A stretch of DNA of 58,222 nt from IMG/VR virus record IMGVR_UViG_3300011441_000010, one strand, 5' to 3'. The notes below the pieces were generated by a model, which was not told the DNA's origin, made no database searches, and worked only from the letters and a program-made list of their open reading frames with translations. A program made the translations under genes and the position numbers. The DNA is from a virus. Position 1 is the stretch's first letter. Each line of letters opens with the position of its first letter. Of the stretch, positions 35,800-43,533 are shown one piece after another.

Positions 35800-36354
35800 A
35801 TGAACCAGGTCAGCATCGTCAAGGGAATCGTCCGGGGCTACTTCGCCGGAGCGCTCGCCCTCTCCGCCACCCACACGATCCACTCTTTCGAGAAGCTCGG
35901 GCTGGACACCGGCGAGCAGTACGTCACCCCGCTCGCCATCGACGGAATCGCCATCCTCGGGCTCATCATGCGGGGCGAGAAGTGGTCCACCGATACCCGC
36001 AAGATCGGCCTCCGCATCCAGATCGGGGCAGGCGCCCTCCAGCTCGCAGCGAACGTCTACGCCGCCAGCAGCACGGGCGGGATGATCCTCGGGGTGCTCG
36101 TCGTAGCGCTCTACCTCCTCGCCGAGTGGCTCTCGGGCCGGATGGTTACCCGGGACAGCGAACTCGCAGCGGAGGCGCTCGCGGAGGCGCTCTCGATCGC
36201 TCGGGCAGAAGAGGCTCGGGTCCAGGCCGAGAAGGACGCTCGGAACGAGGCAGCGCGGGTCCGCCGCCAGGCCGCCCGGACCGCCAAGCACAGCGCGGAG
36301 GTCTCGGAGGCTCGCCGGATCGGCCGGGCCAAGAGGAACCTCCAGACCGCCTAG
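35800..36354 (+). CDS. DUF2637-like membrane protein with basic coiled-coil tail
   Basis: 184 aa with 4 hydrophobic helices. The PLAIDGIAILG pattern recalls actinobacterial DUF2637 proteins. Confidence 0.55.
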   Translation: MNQVSIVKGIVRGYFAGALALSATHTIHSFEKLGLDTGEQYVTPLAIDGIAILGLIMRGEKWSTDTRKIGLRIQIGAGALQLAANVYAASSTGGMILGVLVVALYLLAEWLSGRMVTRDSELAAEALAEALSIARAEEARVQAEKDARNEAARVRRQAARTAKHSAEVSEARRIGRAKRNLQTA

Positions 36355-36365
36355 GAGCTACCGAG

Positions 36366-36389
36366 AAGCCCCCTCTTCGGAGGGGGCTT
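36366..36389 (+). terminator. intrinsic terminator
   Basis: AAGCCCCCTC-TTCG-GAGGGGGCTT followed by TCTC. Confidence 0.8.
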
Positions 36390-36445
36390 TCTCGCGTCCG
36401 GGATACTTAGCGCAGCCCTCTCAGAGCCCCTCTAAGGAGATCCGC

Positions 36446-36898
36446 ATGCGCTTCCTACCTCGCCCCTCCGGTCCGGCCGAAGAGGGTTCTGCAGCCATCT
36501 GGGAGCGTCTAGTCCACGTCGAGAGCATGGCCCAGGAGCGCGACCTTAGGTACCAGCAGCGATTCGACGCGCAGAACACCGCGCTCGATGCGGCCCGGGT
36601 GGCGGCGAAGGAGGGCGTTACCACCGCGCTCATCGCGGCAGAGAAAGCCGTGGACAAGGCCAACATCGCCAACGAGAAGCGTTTTGAGGGGGTCAACGAG
36701 TTCCGCCAGACGCTCGCCGATCAAGCGCGCGACCTCATGCCCCGGGCAGAGTGCGAGCAGCGGCTAACCCAGCTATCGACCCAGATCGCAGCGCTTACGG
36801 GCTCCTCGCGAGCCGGAGCTACGGCGCTCTTCGGTTGGATCGTCGGGGCGGTCGGATTGGTCGCGACCCTTCTTGCGGTTACCGGAGTTCTCGGCTAG
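36446..36898 (+). CDS. coiled-coil protein with C-terminal TM anchor
   Basis: 150 aa, SD AAGGAGA, C-terminus ALFGWIVGAVGLVATLLAVTGVLG. Confidence 0.6.
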   Translation: MRFLPRPSGPAEEGSAAIWERLVHVESMAQERDLRYQQRFDAQNTALDAARVAAKEGVTTALIAAEKAVDKANIANEKRFEGVNEFRQTLADQARDLMPRAECEQRLTQLSTQIAALTGSSRAGATALFGWIVGAVGLVATLLAVTGVLG

Positions 36899-36947
36899 CG
36901 ATTTGGGCCGAAGAGGGTAGAGTTGCTCTTAGGCGGGAAGTTCCGCC
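36896..36947 (+). promoter_or_regulatory. promoter-like TAGCGA-N16-TAGAGT plus leader hairpin GGCGG-GAAGTT-CCGCC
   Basis: -35-like 36896-36901 (overlaps the upstream stop), -10-like 36918-36923, hairpin 36932-36947, ATG at 36968. Confidence 0.55.
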
Positions 36948-36967
36948 CCGGAGCGAGGAGAGCGAAG

Positions 36968-37333
36968 ATGGCGAAAACCGAGACCCACCGCTGCGTTGGC
37001 GACGAGAAGGAGTGCGAGTACCCGGCCGTCTGCGGGGATTGCGGGCGGAGCGCGACCCCGGAGAACCCGGTTCTGGTGACCTTTACCCCCGGGCCGGACC
37101 CGGAGGGGAGCGAGTTCGTTTGCGAGTATTGCCGGAGCTACGCGGGCGACTCGGACGCGATCGACGCCCGCAAGATCCTCCCGCACGGTCCGGCCCGGTA
37201 CGTCGAGAATCCGGAGACGGGAGAGGGCGCCTACGCCGCTACCACGGAGGACGGGTGCCCGGTCCTCGCGTCCGGCGCGATCGAGGGCTGCTCGTGCGGC
37301 GAATGCGAGGGGCGGGAGGACTTCGCCGAGTAG
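36968..37333 (+). CDS. Cys-rich hypothetical protein
   Basis: ATG 36968 after GAGGAGAG. Carries CVGDEKECEYPAVCGDCG and later CEYC / CSCGEC pairs. Confidence 0.6.
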   Translation: MAKTETHRCVGDEKECEYPAVCGDCGRSATPENPVLVTFTPGPDPEGSEFVCEYCRSYAGDSDAIDARKILPHGPARYVENPETGEGAYAATTEDGCPVLASGAIEGCSCGECEGREDFAE

Positions 37334-37339
37334 AAAGTT

Positions 37340-37365
37340 GGCCCCGGGGGTAGCGCCCCGGGGCC
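37340..37365 (+). terminator. GC-rich hairpin
   Basis: GGCCCCGGGG (37340-37349) pairs with CCCCGGGGCC (37356-37365). It overlaps the next promoter-like motif. Confidence 0.55.
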
Positions 37366-37405
37366 CACCCGCGTATAGTGGTAGTTGAGGGGCTGAAGTT
37401 GCCCC
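37351..37405 (+). promoter_or_regulatory. promoter-like TAGCGC-N17-TATAGT plus leader hairpin GGGGC-TGAAGTT-GCCCC
   Basis: -35-like 37351-37356, -10-like 37374-37379, hairpin 37389-37405, ATG at 37425. Confidence 0.55.
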
Positions 37406-37424
37406 CGGAGCGAAGGAGCCAGAG

Positions 37425-38390
37425 ATGTTCAAGCACCCCTACTGCGGCGGACAGCACGAGACCGTAGGCCAGGCCCGGAACTGCGAGGCCGCGAACACCC
37501 CCGAGGTAGCCGCAGGCGCGCGGGCAATCCGCGAGTCGCAGAGCGTCGAGGAGGTCTGGCCGTGGGCAACCGACGCCAAGACGGAGCGCCCCGCCCAGAA
37601 GCGCTTCGAAGACCGAAACCGGACGAAGGGCGACGCCAAGAAGTACGCTCGCCCGTTCACGATGGGCATCGCCTACGCGCAGGCTCTCCGGGACGGTACC
37701 GCTCCGGCTCCGGTCGAGGAGCCCGCTTTCGTCGCCCCGCCGCAGAACCACTTCCAGGCCGCCATCGCCAGCGAGTGGGACGCCCCCACCACCCCCTCTT
37801 GCTCCGGGCGGAACTCCGAGGGCACCCGACGCGGCTACGGCCAGGCGACGGAGGGGATGGAGCGGTTCGTTCGCATCCTTCTCGAAGAGCGCGACTGGGA
37901 GCACGCGATCGACCCGCAGAGCGCGAACGGCGAGGCCATCTCGGACCTCGGGAACGGTCTCCCCATCTCCTTCCCGGCAGCCCGCCTCCTCATCGAACTC
38001 CTCAAGACCCTCCCCAAGCACGGCGCCCAGGCCGCTCCGGCGACCTCCGCCCCGAAGAACGTCCAGCCGTGGAAGACCCTTTCGGAGAAGGTTCCGGCCG
38101 GGTACTACGGGCTCCAGGACCAGGACGGCAAGAACCACTTCTATCGCGTCTCGGTCGGCCGGAACGGGTTCTTCAAGATCCAGGAGCAGGCATCGAGCGA
38201 CCTCTACTTCATCCCGATCCTCCGCTACGCCGTCATCCTGGAGGCGATCCTCGCCTACGGGCTCGACAAGGCGGGCAAGTTCTACGCCACCGAGACCTCG
38301 CGCTGCCGGAAGTGCAACCGGGTTCTCACCGACAACACCGGAAACCCGTACTTCGAGATGGGATACGGCCCGGACTGCGGAGGCAAGTAG
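37425..38390 (+). CDS. hypothetical protein with C-terminal C-x2-C...GYGPDCGG zinc-ribbon-like (DUF6011-like) motif
   Basis: 321 aa, C-terminus SRCRKCNRVLTDNTGNPYFEMGYGPDCGGK. Confidence 0.6.
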   Translation: MFKHPYCGGQHETVGQARNCEAANTPEVAAGARAIRESQSVEEVWPWATDAKTERPAQKRFEDRNRTKGDAKKYARPFTMGIAYAQALRDGTAPAPVEEPAFVAPPQNHFQAAIASEWDAPTTPSCSGRNSEGTRRGYGQATEGMERFVRILLEERDWEHAIDPQSANGEAISDLGNGLPISFPAARLLIELLKTLPKHGAQAAPATSAPKNVQPWKTLSEKVPAGYYGLQDQDGKNHFYRVSVGRNGFFKIQEQASSDLYFIPILRYAVILEAILAYGLDKAGKFYATETSRCRKCNRVLTDNTGNPYFEMGYGPDCGGK

Positions 38391-38397
38391 CGCTCCG

Positions 38398-38423
38398 GCG
38401 GGCGGGGCTCCGGCTCCGCCCGC
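38398..38423 (+). terminator. intrinsic terminator
   Basis: GCGGGCGGGGC-TCCG-GCTCCGCCCGC followed by TTTACTT. Confidence 0.7.
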
Positions 38424-38477
38424 TTTACTTCCGACCAACCGACGCGTAGGATGTACCTAGGTCGCTGAAGTTGCGGC
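38424..38477 (+). promoter_or_regulatory. promoter-like TTTACT-N17-TAGGAT plus leader hairpin GTCGC-TGAAGTT-GCGGC
   Basis: -35-like 38424-38429, -10-like 38447-38452, hairpin 38461-38477 (one G-U pair), ATG at 38498. Confidence 0.55.
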
Positions 38478-38497
38478 CACGACAAGGGGAGCAAACC

Positions 38498-39559
38498 ATG
38501 ACCGCCGAGACCTCCATCCCGAGCAACACGAGCCTCGACAACGCGATGCGGAAGATCGCAGCGCTTCTGGAGACCGCCGAGAGCTACGCCCGAGACCCCA
38601 AGACGGCCGAGACCGCAGCGACGTACCGCGCGAAGGCCGAGAGCCTCATTCGGGACTACCGGGTCAAGGAGGAGAACCTCCTTCGGACCCAGGTCAGCGC
38701 GTCGCTCCCGATCTCCCGGGACATCCCGATCGGGATGCGGATGTGGGAGACCCACCTAAGCGCCATCCTCCAGGACATCGTCTCCCACGTCGGCGCACGG
38801 ATTGCAATCCGGTGGGAGGGCGGCTCGGTCGGGTACGCCGGAGTGGTCGTCGGCTATGACATGGATATCCGGCTCGCGGAGATGATCTTCAGCGCCGCCA
38901 AGCTCGCGTTCCTCGCGACCCTGGACCCGACGTACGACGCCAGCCTCAGCGACACGGAGAACATCTACCGGCTCCGTTCCTCCGGGATGGACCGCCAGGC
39001 TATCGCGGAGAAGGTTTTCGGCCAGCGCGGCCACTCCCAGGGCATCCGAGTCGGCAGGATCTACGCCGAGCAGTGTGCTCTCCGGGGCGAAGAGGCCACC
39101 GCGTCCGGGCGGGGCTTCTCCCGCGACGTCTACCGGGAGGCATTCGCTCGGGAGTTCGTGTGGGCGATCGACGTTCGGCTCCAGCGCGCTCGCGACGCAG
39201 CCGACTCCGTGGGCGGGGCACTCGTCCTCCCGGAGCGCAAGGCGCGCGTCGATGAGGCGTTCTACGCGCTGTTCCCGAACTTCCGCCCGCCCACCGAGGA
39301 GGAGAAGGCCGCGCGGAAGGCCGCGCGTGAGGCGGAGGAGGCAGAGGCAGCTCTCAACCCGCAGCCCGCCCCGAAGGTCAAGCCGATGACGGCGGCTCGC
39401 CGCAGGGAACTCAACCGCAAGTACGGCTCGCGGTCGGCGACCGCAGCGAGCCGGGCAGCGGAGGCAGCCGCCGGACGGGTAGACCTCGCTCGGGCACCGC
39501 AGGCGGACCGGATCGAGGACAACGGGGCGAGCGGCACCGCCGGAGCGATCGGGGGCTAG
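38498..39559 (+). CDS. hypothetical protein with DUF2786-like N-terminal helical motif
   Basis: ATG 38498 after AAGGGGAG. MRKIAALLETAESYARDPKTAETAATYRAKAESLIRDY pattern. Confidence 0.6.
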   Translation: MTAETSIPSNTSLDNAMRKIAALLETAESYARDPKTAETAATYRAKAESLIRDYRVKEENLLRTQVSASLPISRDIPIGMRMWETHLSAILQDIVSHVGARIAIRWEGGSVGYAGVVVGYDMDIRLAEMIFSAAKLAFLATLDPTYDASLSDTENIYRLRSSGMDRQAIAEKVFGQRGHSQGIRVGRIYAEQCALRGEEATASGRGFSRDVYREAFAREFVWAIDVRLQRARDAADSVGGALVLPERKARVDEAFYALFPNFRPPTEEEKAARKAAREAEEAEAALNPQPAPKVKPMTAARRRELNRKYGSRSATAASRAAEAAAGRVDLARAPQADRIEDNGASGTAGAIGG

Positions 39560-39575
39560 CCGGTAGGATCGGCAC

Positions 39576-39617
39576 GGGGAGGGGCGACGTCCGGAGCGGG
39601 ACGGGTCGCCCCTCCCC
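39576..39617 (+). terminator. intrinsic terminator
   Basis: GGGGAGGGGCGAC (39576-39588) pairs with GTCGCCCCTCCCC (39605-39617), followed by TGTTTGC. Confidence 0.75.
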
Positions 39618-39710
39618 TGTTTGCTAGGGGTGCCGTTTGAGTGGTCTCATTTGGCCAGAGACTGGCCGGACCCCAGTTTTGGACCTCGGGTATGGGTAGG
39701 AGCATTTCAG

Positions 39711-39731
39711 CCATTTTACCTGGTAAAATGG
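39711..39731. repeat. AT-rich perfect palindrome CCATTTTACC-T-GGTAAAATGG
   Basis: 10-bp arms read directly. It sits 5 bp upstream of the operator-like site. Confidence 0.7.
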
Positions 39732-39735
39732 GGCA

Positions 39736-39751
39736 TCCTAGGGCGCTAGGA
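39736..39751. promoter_or_regulatory. 16-bp palindromic operator-like site TCCTAG-GGCG-CTAGGA
   Basis: Same half-sites and spacing as 35649-35664, preceded by CA and followed by AGCAACT. Confidence 0.55.
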
Positions 39752-39769
39752 AGCAACTCCGGCGCTCCA

Positions 39770-39777
39770 TCCTAGGA
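39770..39777. promoter_or_regulatory. collapsed operator-like palindrome TCCTAGGA (no spacer)
   Basis: CATCCTAGGAAGCAACT repeats the flanks of the 39736 site (CTAGGAAGCAACT at 39746-39758 and 39772-39784). Confidence 0.4.
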
Positions 39778-39817
39778 AGCAACTGCAAACAATCTTGAAC
39801 AAAGTTTGGGAAACCCC

Positions 39818-39865
39818 TTCCCATCCTGGGAGTCGACGCGTAGCTTTATTGGTGTAAGGTTCACC
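39818..39865 (+). promoter_or_regulatory. promoter-like TTCCCA-N17-TAGCTT plus leader hairpin GGTG-TAAGGTT-CACC
   Basis: -10-like 39841-39846, hairpin 39851-39865 (loop variant), ATG at 39890. Confidence 0.45.
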
Positions 39866-39889
39866 CGGAACGAGGCCAAGGAGCCCGAG

Positions 39890-40486
39890 ATGTCGAAGAA
39901 CCTCTGCCAGGATGGTCAGAACTGCCAGCGTCCGATCGGCTCCGGCCCGGGGAACGACGCGGTTTACGCCAAGTCGGTCAAGATGTGTAACCCGCACGCG
40001 ACGGAGGCGGGCTACGAAAACGAGCACAGCGACTACGGCCACGAGACCTTCGAGACCCTCACGGTTCGCAAGTCCTCCTTCAAGACCAAGGCCGAACTCG
40101 ACGCGTACAAGGCCCAGCTTCGCGAGGAGACCGCCCGCTGCTGGATCTGCCACCCGGAGCTCAACGAGGCCACCAAGCCCTACACGACCCGCCAGGGCAC
40201 GAGCCGCGCCGGAATCGTCATCCACGTCACGATCCGGGCAGCGGGCGAGACGAAGGCAGCCGAGACCCAGGCCCAGATCGAGGCCATCGGCGGAGAGGGC
40301 GAGTTCAAGTTCAAGATCGCCACCGCCAAGAAGACGGGCGAGGTCGCCTTCACCGCGACCGGGGGCAAGCAGGAGTTCATCCTCTTCTGGGACGCCCGGG
40401 GCCGGTTCATCGGCGGCTCGGTTCGGGAAAACGGCAAGACCCGCAAGGTCCGTAACGTCGCCGAAGTCCTCCGCATCGCCTCCTAG
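39890..40486 (+). CDS. hypothetical protein
   Basis: ATG 39890 after AAGGAG. 198 aa, in-frame in tracked ORF 39806-40486. Confidence 0.6.
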   Translation: MSKNLCQDGQNCQRPIGSGPGNDAVYAKSVKMCNPHATEAGYENEHSDYGHETFETLTVRKSSFKTKAELDAYKAQLREETARCWICHPELNEATKPYTTRQGTSRAGIVIHVTIRAAGETKAAETQAQIEAIGGEGEFKFKIATAKKTGEVAFTATGGKQEFILFWDARGRFIGGSVRENGKTRKVRNVAEVLRIAS

Positions 40487-40497
40487 GTCCGGAGGGC

Positions 40498-40519
40498 GGG
40501 GCTCCTCCTCGGAGGAGCC
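40498..40519 (+). terminator. hairpin GGGCTCCTC...GAGGAGCCC
   Basis: Near-perfect palindrome read directly, no U tract. Confidence 0.45.
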
Positions 40520-40554
40520 CGGCCCAGGACGCCTAGTAGGACAAGGGGATCACG

Positions 40555-40725
40555 ATGGAACAGGAACTCTACCACGCGCTCAAGGCGATCGAGTCTCGCG
40601 ACCCGGACGGCGGAGAGCGGGAGCCTACGGAGGCCGCGTACCTCTACCACGAGAAGTGGGCGGTCGAGACCTTCGGCCGGGAGGTCTGGGAGCGGTACGC
40701 GGCAGGGAGTTGGGAGCCCCAGTAG
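40555..40725 (+). CDS. small hypothetical protein (56 aa, below the ORF-track cutoff)
   Basis: ATG 40555 after ACAAGGGGA, the same SD context as neighbouring genes. Hand translation MEQELYHALKAIESRDPDGG...AAGSWEPQ, stop at 40723-40725. Confidence 0.45.
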   Translation: MEQELYHALKAIESRDPDGGEREPTEAAYLYHEKWAVETFGREVWERYAAGSWEPQ

Positions 40726-40736
40726 AACGGCCAGAC

Positions 40737-40752
40737 AGCCCCCTCGGGGGCT
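40737..40752 (+). terminator. short hairpin AGCCCC-CTCG-GGGGCT
   Basis: Read directly, followed by CTTCCC. Confidence 0.5.
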
Positions 40753-40811
40753 CTTCCCATACCCGAGGTACCCCCGGGCGATCCGGCCCGGCAGAAGCCA
40801 CTACAAAGGGC

Positions 40812-40866
40812 TAGCCATATTCGCCATCCTCGCGTAGAGTTGGCCTTAGCGCCGGGAAGTACCGGC
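40812..40866 (+). promoter_or_regulatory. promoter-like TAGCCA-N17-TAGAGT plus leader hairpin GCCGG-GAAGTA-CCGGC
   Basis: -35-like 40812-40817, -10-like 40835-40840, hairpin 40851-40866, ATG at 40886. Confidence 0.55.
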
Positions 40867-40885
40867 CGAGACCCGAGGAGCCGAA

Positions 40886-41401
40886 ATGCTTTCCAAGACC
40901 TCCAGCAGCCGCAAGATCCGGGCCATCGAGATCCGTACCAACCCGGCGACCGGGAAGCGCTTCACCAAGGCGGAGTTCATCGCCATCCTAGCGAAGAACG
41001 CCAGCGCGCTCTACGCTCGCCAGCTTACCCGCTACACGCTCGCTGACCTCCAGCAGAAGGTCGACCAGCGGATCAAGTACGACACGACCCGCTACGCGGT
41101 CCAGAAGGTCGCTACCGGCTCGATTCACTCCTTCGACTTCCAGGCCGACATCTTCGAAGGCCAGTTCGAAATCGTCGGCTACGACACCGCGACCGGGGAC
41201 TACACCGCCGCGTACCTCGCCCCGAACGACCGGGTCATCGAGGCCATCATCGCATCCGCCGAAAACGGCTCCTACTACGCCGCTCCGGGCGAAGACCGGT
41301 GGGAGCGGGCGGAGCGGGAGATCCAGGAGCGGACCGCCCAGGCCGGGAAGACCTTCAAGATCCGGTTCGTTTCGGCCGCAGCGTACGCCGAGTATTTCTA
41401 G
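40886..41401 (+). CDS. hypothetical protein
   Basis: 171-aa ORF after GAGGAG. Confidence 0.6.
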   Translation: MLSKTSSSRKIRAIEIRTNPATGKRFTKAEFIAILAKNASALYARQLTRYTLADLQQKVDQRIKYDTTRYAVQKVATGSIHSFDFQADIFEGQFEIVGYDTATGDYTAAYLAPNDRVIEAIIASAENGSYYAAPGEDRWERAEREIQERTAQAGKTFKIRFVSAAAYAEYF

Positions 41402-41409
41402 CCGGACCA

Positions 41410-41432
41410 GGGGCGGGAGGGAATCCCGCCCC
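41410..41432 (+). terminator. intrinsic terminator
   Basis: GGGGCGGG-AGGGAAT-CCCGCCCC followed by ATCCGTTTAC. Confidence 0.7.
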
Positions 41433-41446
41433 ATCCGTTTACTCCT

Positions 41447-41500
41447 GCGCAGTTCTACCGTAGATTAGCAGCAGGCCGGGAAGTTACCGGCCACTAGGCA
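41447..41500 (+). promoter_or_regulatory. promoter-like TTTACT-N17-TAGATT plus leader hairpin GCCGG-GAAGTTA-CCGGC
   Basis: -35-like 41447-41452, -10-like 41470-41475, hairpin 41484-41500, ATG at 41512. Confidence 0.55.
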
Positions 41501-41511
41501 AGGGGACCGAA

Positions 41512-42597
41512 ATGCCGAACGTCAAGAAGGGCGCCGGACGGCCAGCAGCTGCAGCGCGCACTGCCAAGGCCGCGCAGACCGAACTGCCACCCATCGCGTC
41601 GGAAAAGATCGACCAGTACGCGAAGACCCACCACCTCAGTCCGGAAGCCACAGCGGCAGCCGAGGTCTCCCCCGGCGCTGAGAGCCCGATCGTGATCGAC
41701 GGAATGGAGCTGCGGGGACAGCAGCGCCGGTACGGCGTGATGATCGTCGCGGAACTCCGTACGGTCGCGAAGGGCCTTGGCGTCAACGGTTATTCGCGGA
41801 TGAAGCGCGGAGAGTTGCTGAACGCCATCCTGGAGTGGGAGCGAGCCGCCGTTACCGTCGCCGACCGCCCGGTCACCTTCCCGGAGCCCTCCCCGGTCGA
41901 CGTCGCGCTGGACGAGGCGCTCCCGACCGTGGAGCAGATTCTCTCTACTCCGCCCAAGATGGTCGGGGACCTCCCGACGCACGTCGGTTGGGAATCCCTC
42001 AAGAAGGCCAAGAGCTACTCCAAGGCGCAGGCCTTCATCGACGCAGCGAACGCGCTCGAATGGGGCGCAGCTCCGACCCAGGCGGATGCCGAGACCGACC
42101 GGATCATGGTGGTCGCTCGCCGGGGTGACCACGAGGTCATCGAGATCGAGTGGTTGGGCGGAGTCTTCCAGGGGGACACATGCTACTACTCGCACTCGGG
42201 GCGGAGCGCGATTAAGCTCCGAAACGCCAGCCACGCGAAGAAGGTCATGGCCATCCCGCCCGCTACGGCTGACCAGGAGGCCGCGAAGGTGTCCGCCCAC
42301 AAACTAACCCGTCCGAGCCGTAAAAGCGTCGCAGAAGCCACTACAGCCCGCCGCAAGGCCCTTCCCTTCGACCCGGAGACCGCGACGGACGAGCAGGTTC
42401 TGGAATTCGTGGCCCACGGGTCGGTCCTGACTTGGACCAATGAGATCTCCGGCGAGATCGACTCGGCTCGTGTCTCCCGCCCCAGCCCCTCGGGGAGGGT
42501 CGGCATCAAGCACGGCACCTCCGGGCGGAGTGTCGAGTTCCTCGGGGAGACTGGGTTCCGGTCGGTGCGGGTCTCCTCGATCGTCTCCGTTCGGTGA
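41512..42597 (+). CDS. hypothetical protein with Rho-N/SAP-like motif
   Basis: 361 aa. MIVAELRTVAKGLGVNGYSRMKRGELLNAIL matches the Rho N-terminal helix-extension-helix pattern. Confidence 0.6.
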   Translation: MPNVKKGAGRPAAAARTAKAAQTELPPIASEKIDQYAKTHHLSPEATAAAEVSPGAESPIVIDGMELRGQQRRYGVMIVAELRTVAKGLGVNGYSRMKRGELLNAILEWERAAVTVADRPVTFPEPSPVDVALDEALPTVEQILSTPPKMVGDLPTHVGWESLKKAKSYSKAQAFIDAANALEWGAAPTQADAETDRIMVVARRGDHEVIEIEWLGGVFQGDTCYYSHSGRSAIKLRNASHAKKVMAIPPATADQEAAKVSAHKLTRPSRKSVAEATTARRKALPFDPETATDEQVLEFVAHGSVLTWTNEISGEIDSARVSRPSPSGRVGIKHGTSGRSVEFLGETGFRSVRVSSIVSVR

Positions 42598-42620
42598 GCG
42601 ATCTCTGGAGGGCTCTGGGG

Positions 42621-42689
42621 ATGGTGGCTTCGGCTGCCGTTCTCGGGGGTCTCCTCCTCGTTATCGCCATCATGCTCGGCCTCATCTAG
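42621..42689 (+). CDS. possible 22-aa hydrophobic micro-protein (or 31 aa from GTG 42594)
   Basis: GGAGGG SD 8 nt upstream. Hand translation MVASAAVLGGLLLVIAIMLGLI. Confidence 0.3.
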   Translation: MVASAAVLGGLLLVIAIMLGLI

Positions 42690-42713
42690 ACCCCGGACCC
42701 CATGGAGGGCAAC

Positions 42714-43232
42714 ATGTTGAGCAAGCCAATCGGAACCATCGTCGCCGGACTTCTCGGCCTCGTGTTCCTGGGTGGAGCGGACAGCTGCAAGGGCGACGGA
42801 AACTCCGGCGACCCGAAGGACACCAACTATAACAAGGAAGTCACGAAGGCCGCTCCGGCGTCTCCGGGCGAGGAGTGCGCGAAGTTCCCGGATGCCGCCG
42901 TTCCGCCGAACCTCCAGCAGAAGCGGTACATCACGATCTGGACCTGCCTGGAGACCGCGTACGGTCCGTACACGGTGTACTACCACGCGACGGACATCAA
43001 CGGCAATACGCTCGCCTCCACCGAGGAGGCGGTGGTGGAGGTCGCCAAGCCGTTCAACCGGATCATCGGCTACGACACCGGCCAGAAGGTCTCCATCTCG
43101 ATCCAGATCCGTCCGGCTCGCCCGGGGGCTAAGAACGGCTACATCTACGCGAAGGATGGTCCTGCGAACATCAAGTCCGGCCGGATCGACGGCGCATTCC
43201 AGATCCGCATCGACATCAACGCGGCTCGATAA
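42714..43232 (+). CDS. secreted or lipoprotein-like protein (start 42702 or 42714)
   Basis: Signal-like N-terminus MLSKPIGTIVAGLLGLVFLGGADSC with a Cys after the hydrophobic core. Confidence 0.55.
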   Translation: MLSKPIGTIVAGLLGLVFLGGADSCKGDGNSGDPKDTNYNKEVTKAAPASPGEECAKFPDAAVPPNLQQKRYITIWTCLETAYGPYTVYYHATDINGNTLASTEEAVVEVAKPFNRIIGYDTGQKVSISIQIRPARPGAKNGYIYAKDGPANIKSGRIDGAFQIRIDINAAR

Positions 43233-43239
43233 GCAGTCG

Positions 43240-43279
43240 CCCTACCGGGGTAGCGCCAGGATAGGCTGCCCCGGTAGGG
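43240..43279 (+). terminator. intrinsic terminator
   Basis: CCCTACCGGGG (43240-43250) pairs with CCCCGGTAGGG (43269-43279), followed by TTTGCTTT. Confidence 0.7.
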
Positions 43280-43280
43280 T
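43251..43280 (+). promoter_or_regulatory. promoter-like TAGCGC-N18-TAGGGT upstream of tRNA-like gene 1
   Basis: Same -35-like hexamer as the 37351 and 50771 copies. The -10-like ends 12 nt before 43293. Confidence 0.4.
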
Positions 43281-43292
43281 TTGCTTTAGCAA

Positions 43293-43367
43293 GCCCCGGC
43301 AGCTCTACGGGAGCACCGCATTAGATCTCGGGTGCGGATGGGCGCGGTTCGAATCCGTGCCGGGGCA
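43293..43367 (+). tRNA. tRNA-like gene 1 with non-canonical anticodon arm (12-nt loop, or 7-bp stem plus 8-nt loop). Isotype undetermined
   Basis: Hand fold: acceptor GCCCCGG/CCGGGGC, D stem GCTC/GAGC, T arm CGCGG-TTCGAAT-CCGTG, discriminator A. The anticodon stem CCGCA/TGCGG encloses TTAGATCTCGGG. Confidence 0.5.
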
Positions 43368-43533
43368 CGGCAGGTAGGGGAACAGAGGGTCCGAGGCACC
43401 GAGACCGAACCACCCGGCAAGAACGGGTAGGCGGGCGGAGTGGTTTACGGAGACAGCGGGAGTAGCGCTCCCCGCCTTGGCTGTATGTGGCCCGGAGGGC
43501 TGTGGCCAGACAAAACCCCCTACCGCTCAACAA

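Noticed and set aside
39912-40814. 300-aa plus-strand ORF in an alternative frame. Similar cases: 17291-18097, 21381-22307, 35763-36410, 37562-38449
   Set aside because: These are out-of-frame overlaps of better-supported genes. Their compositions are extremely Arg/Pro/Ser/Gly-rich, and they run through terminators and promoter-like motifs.
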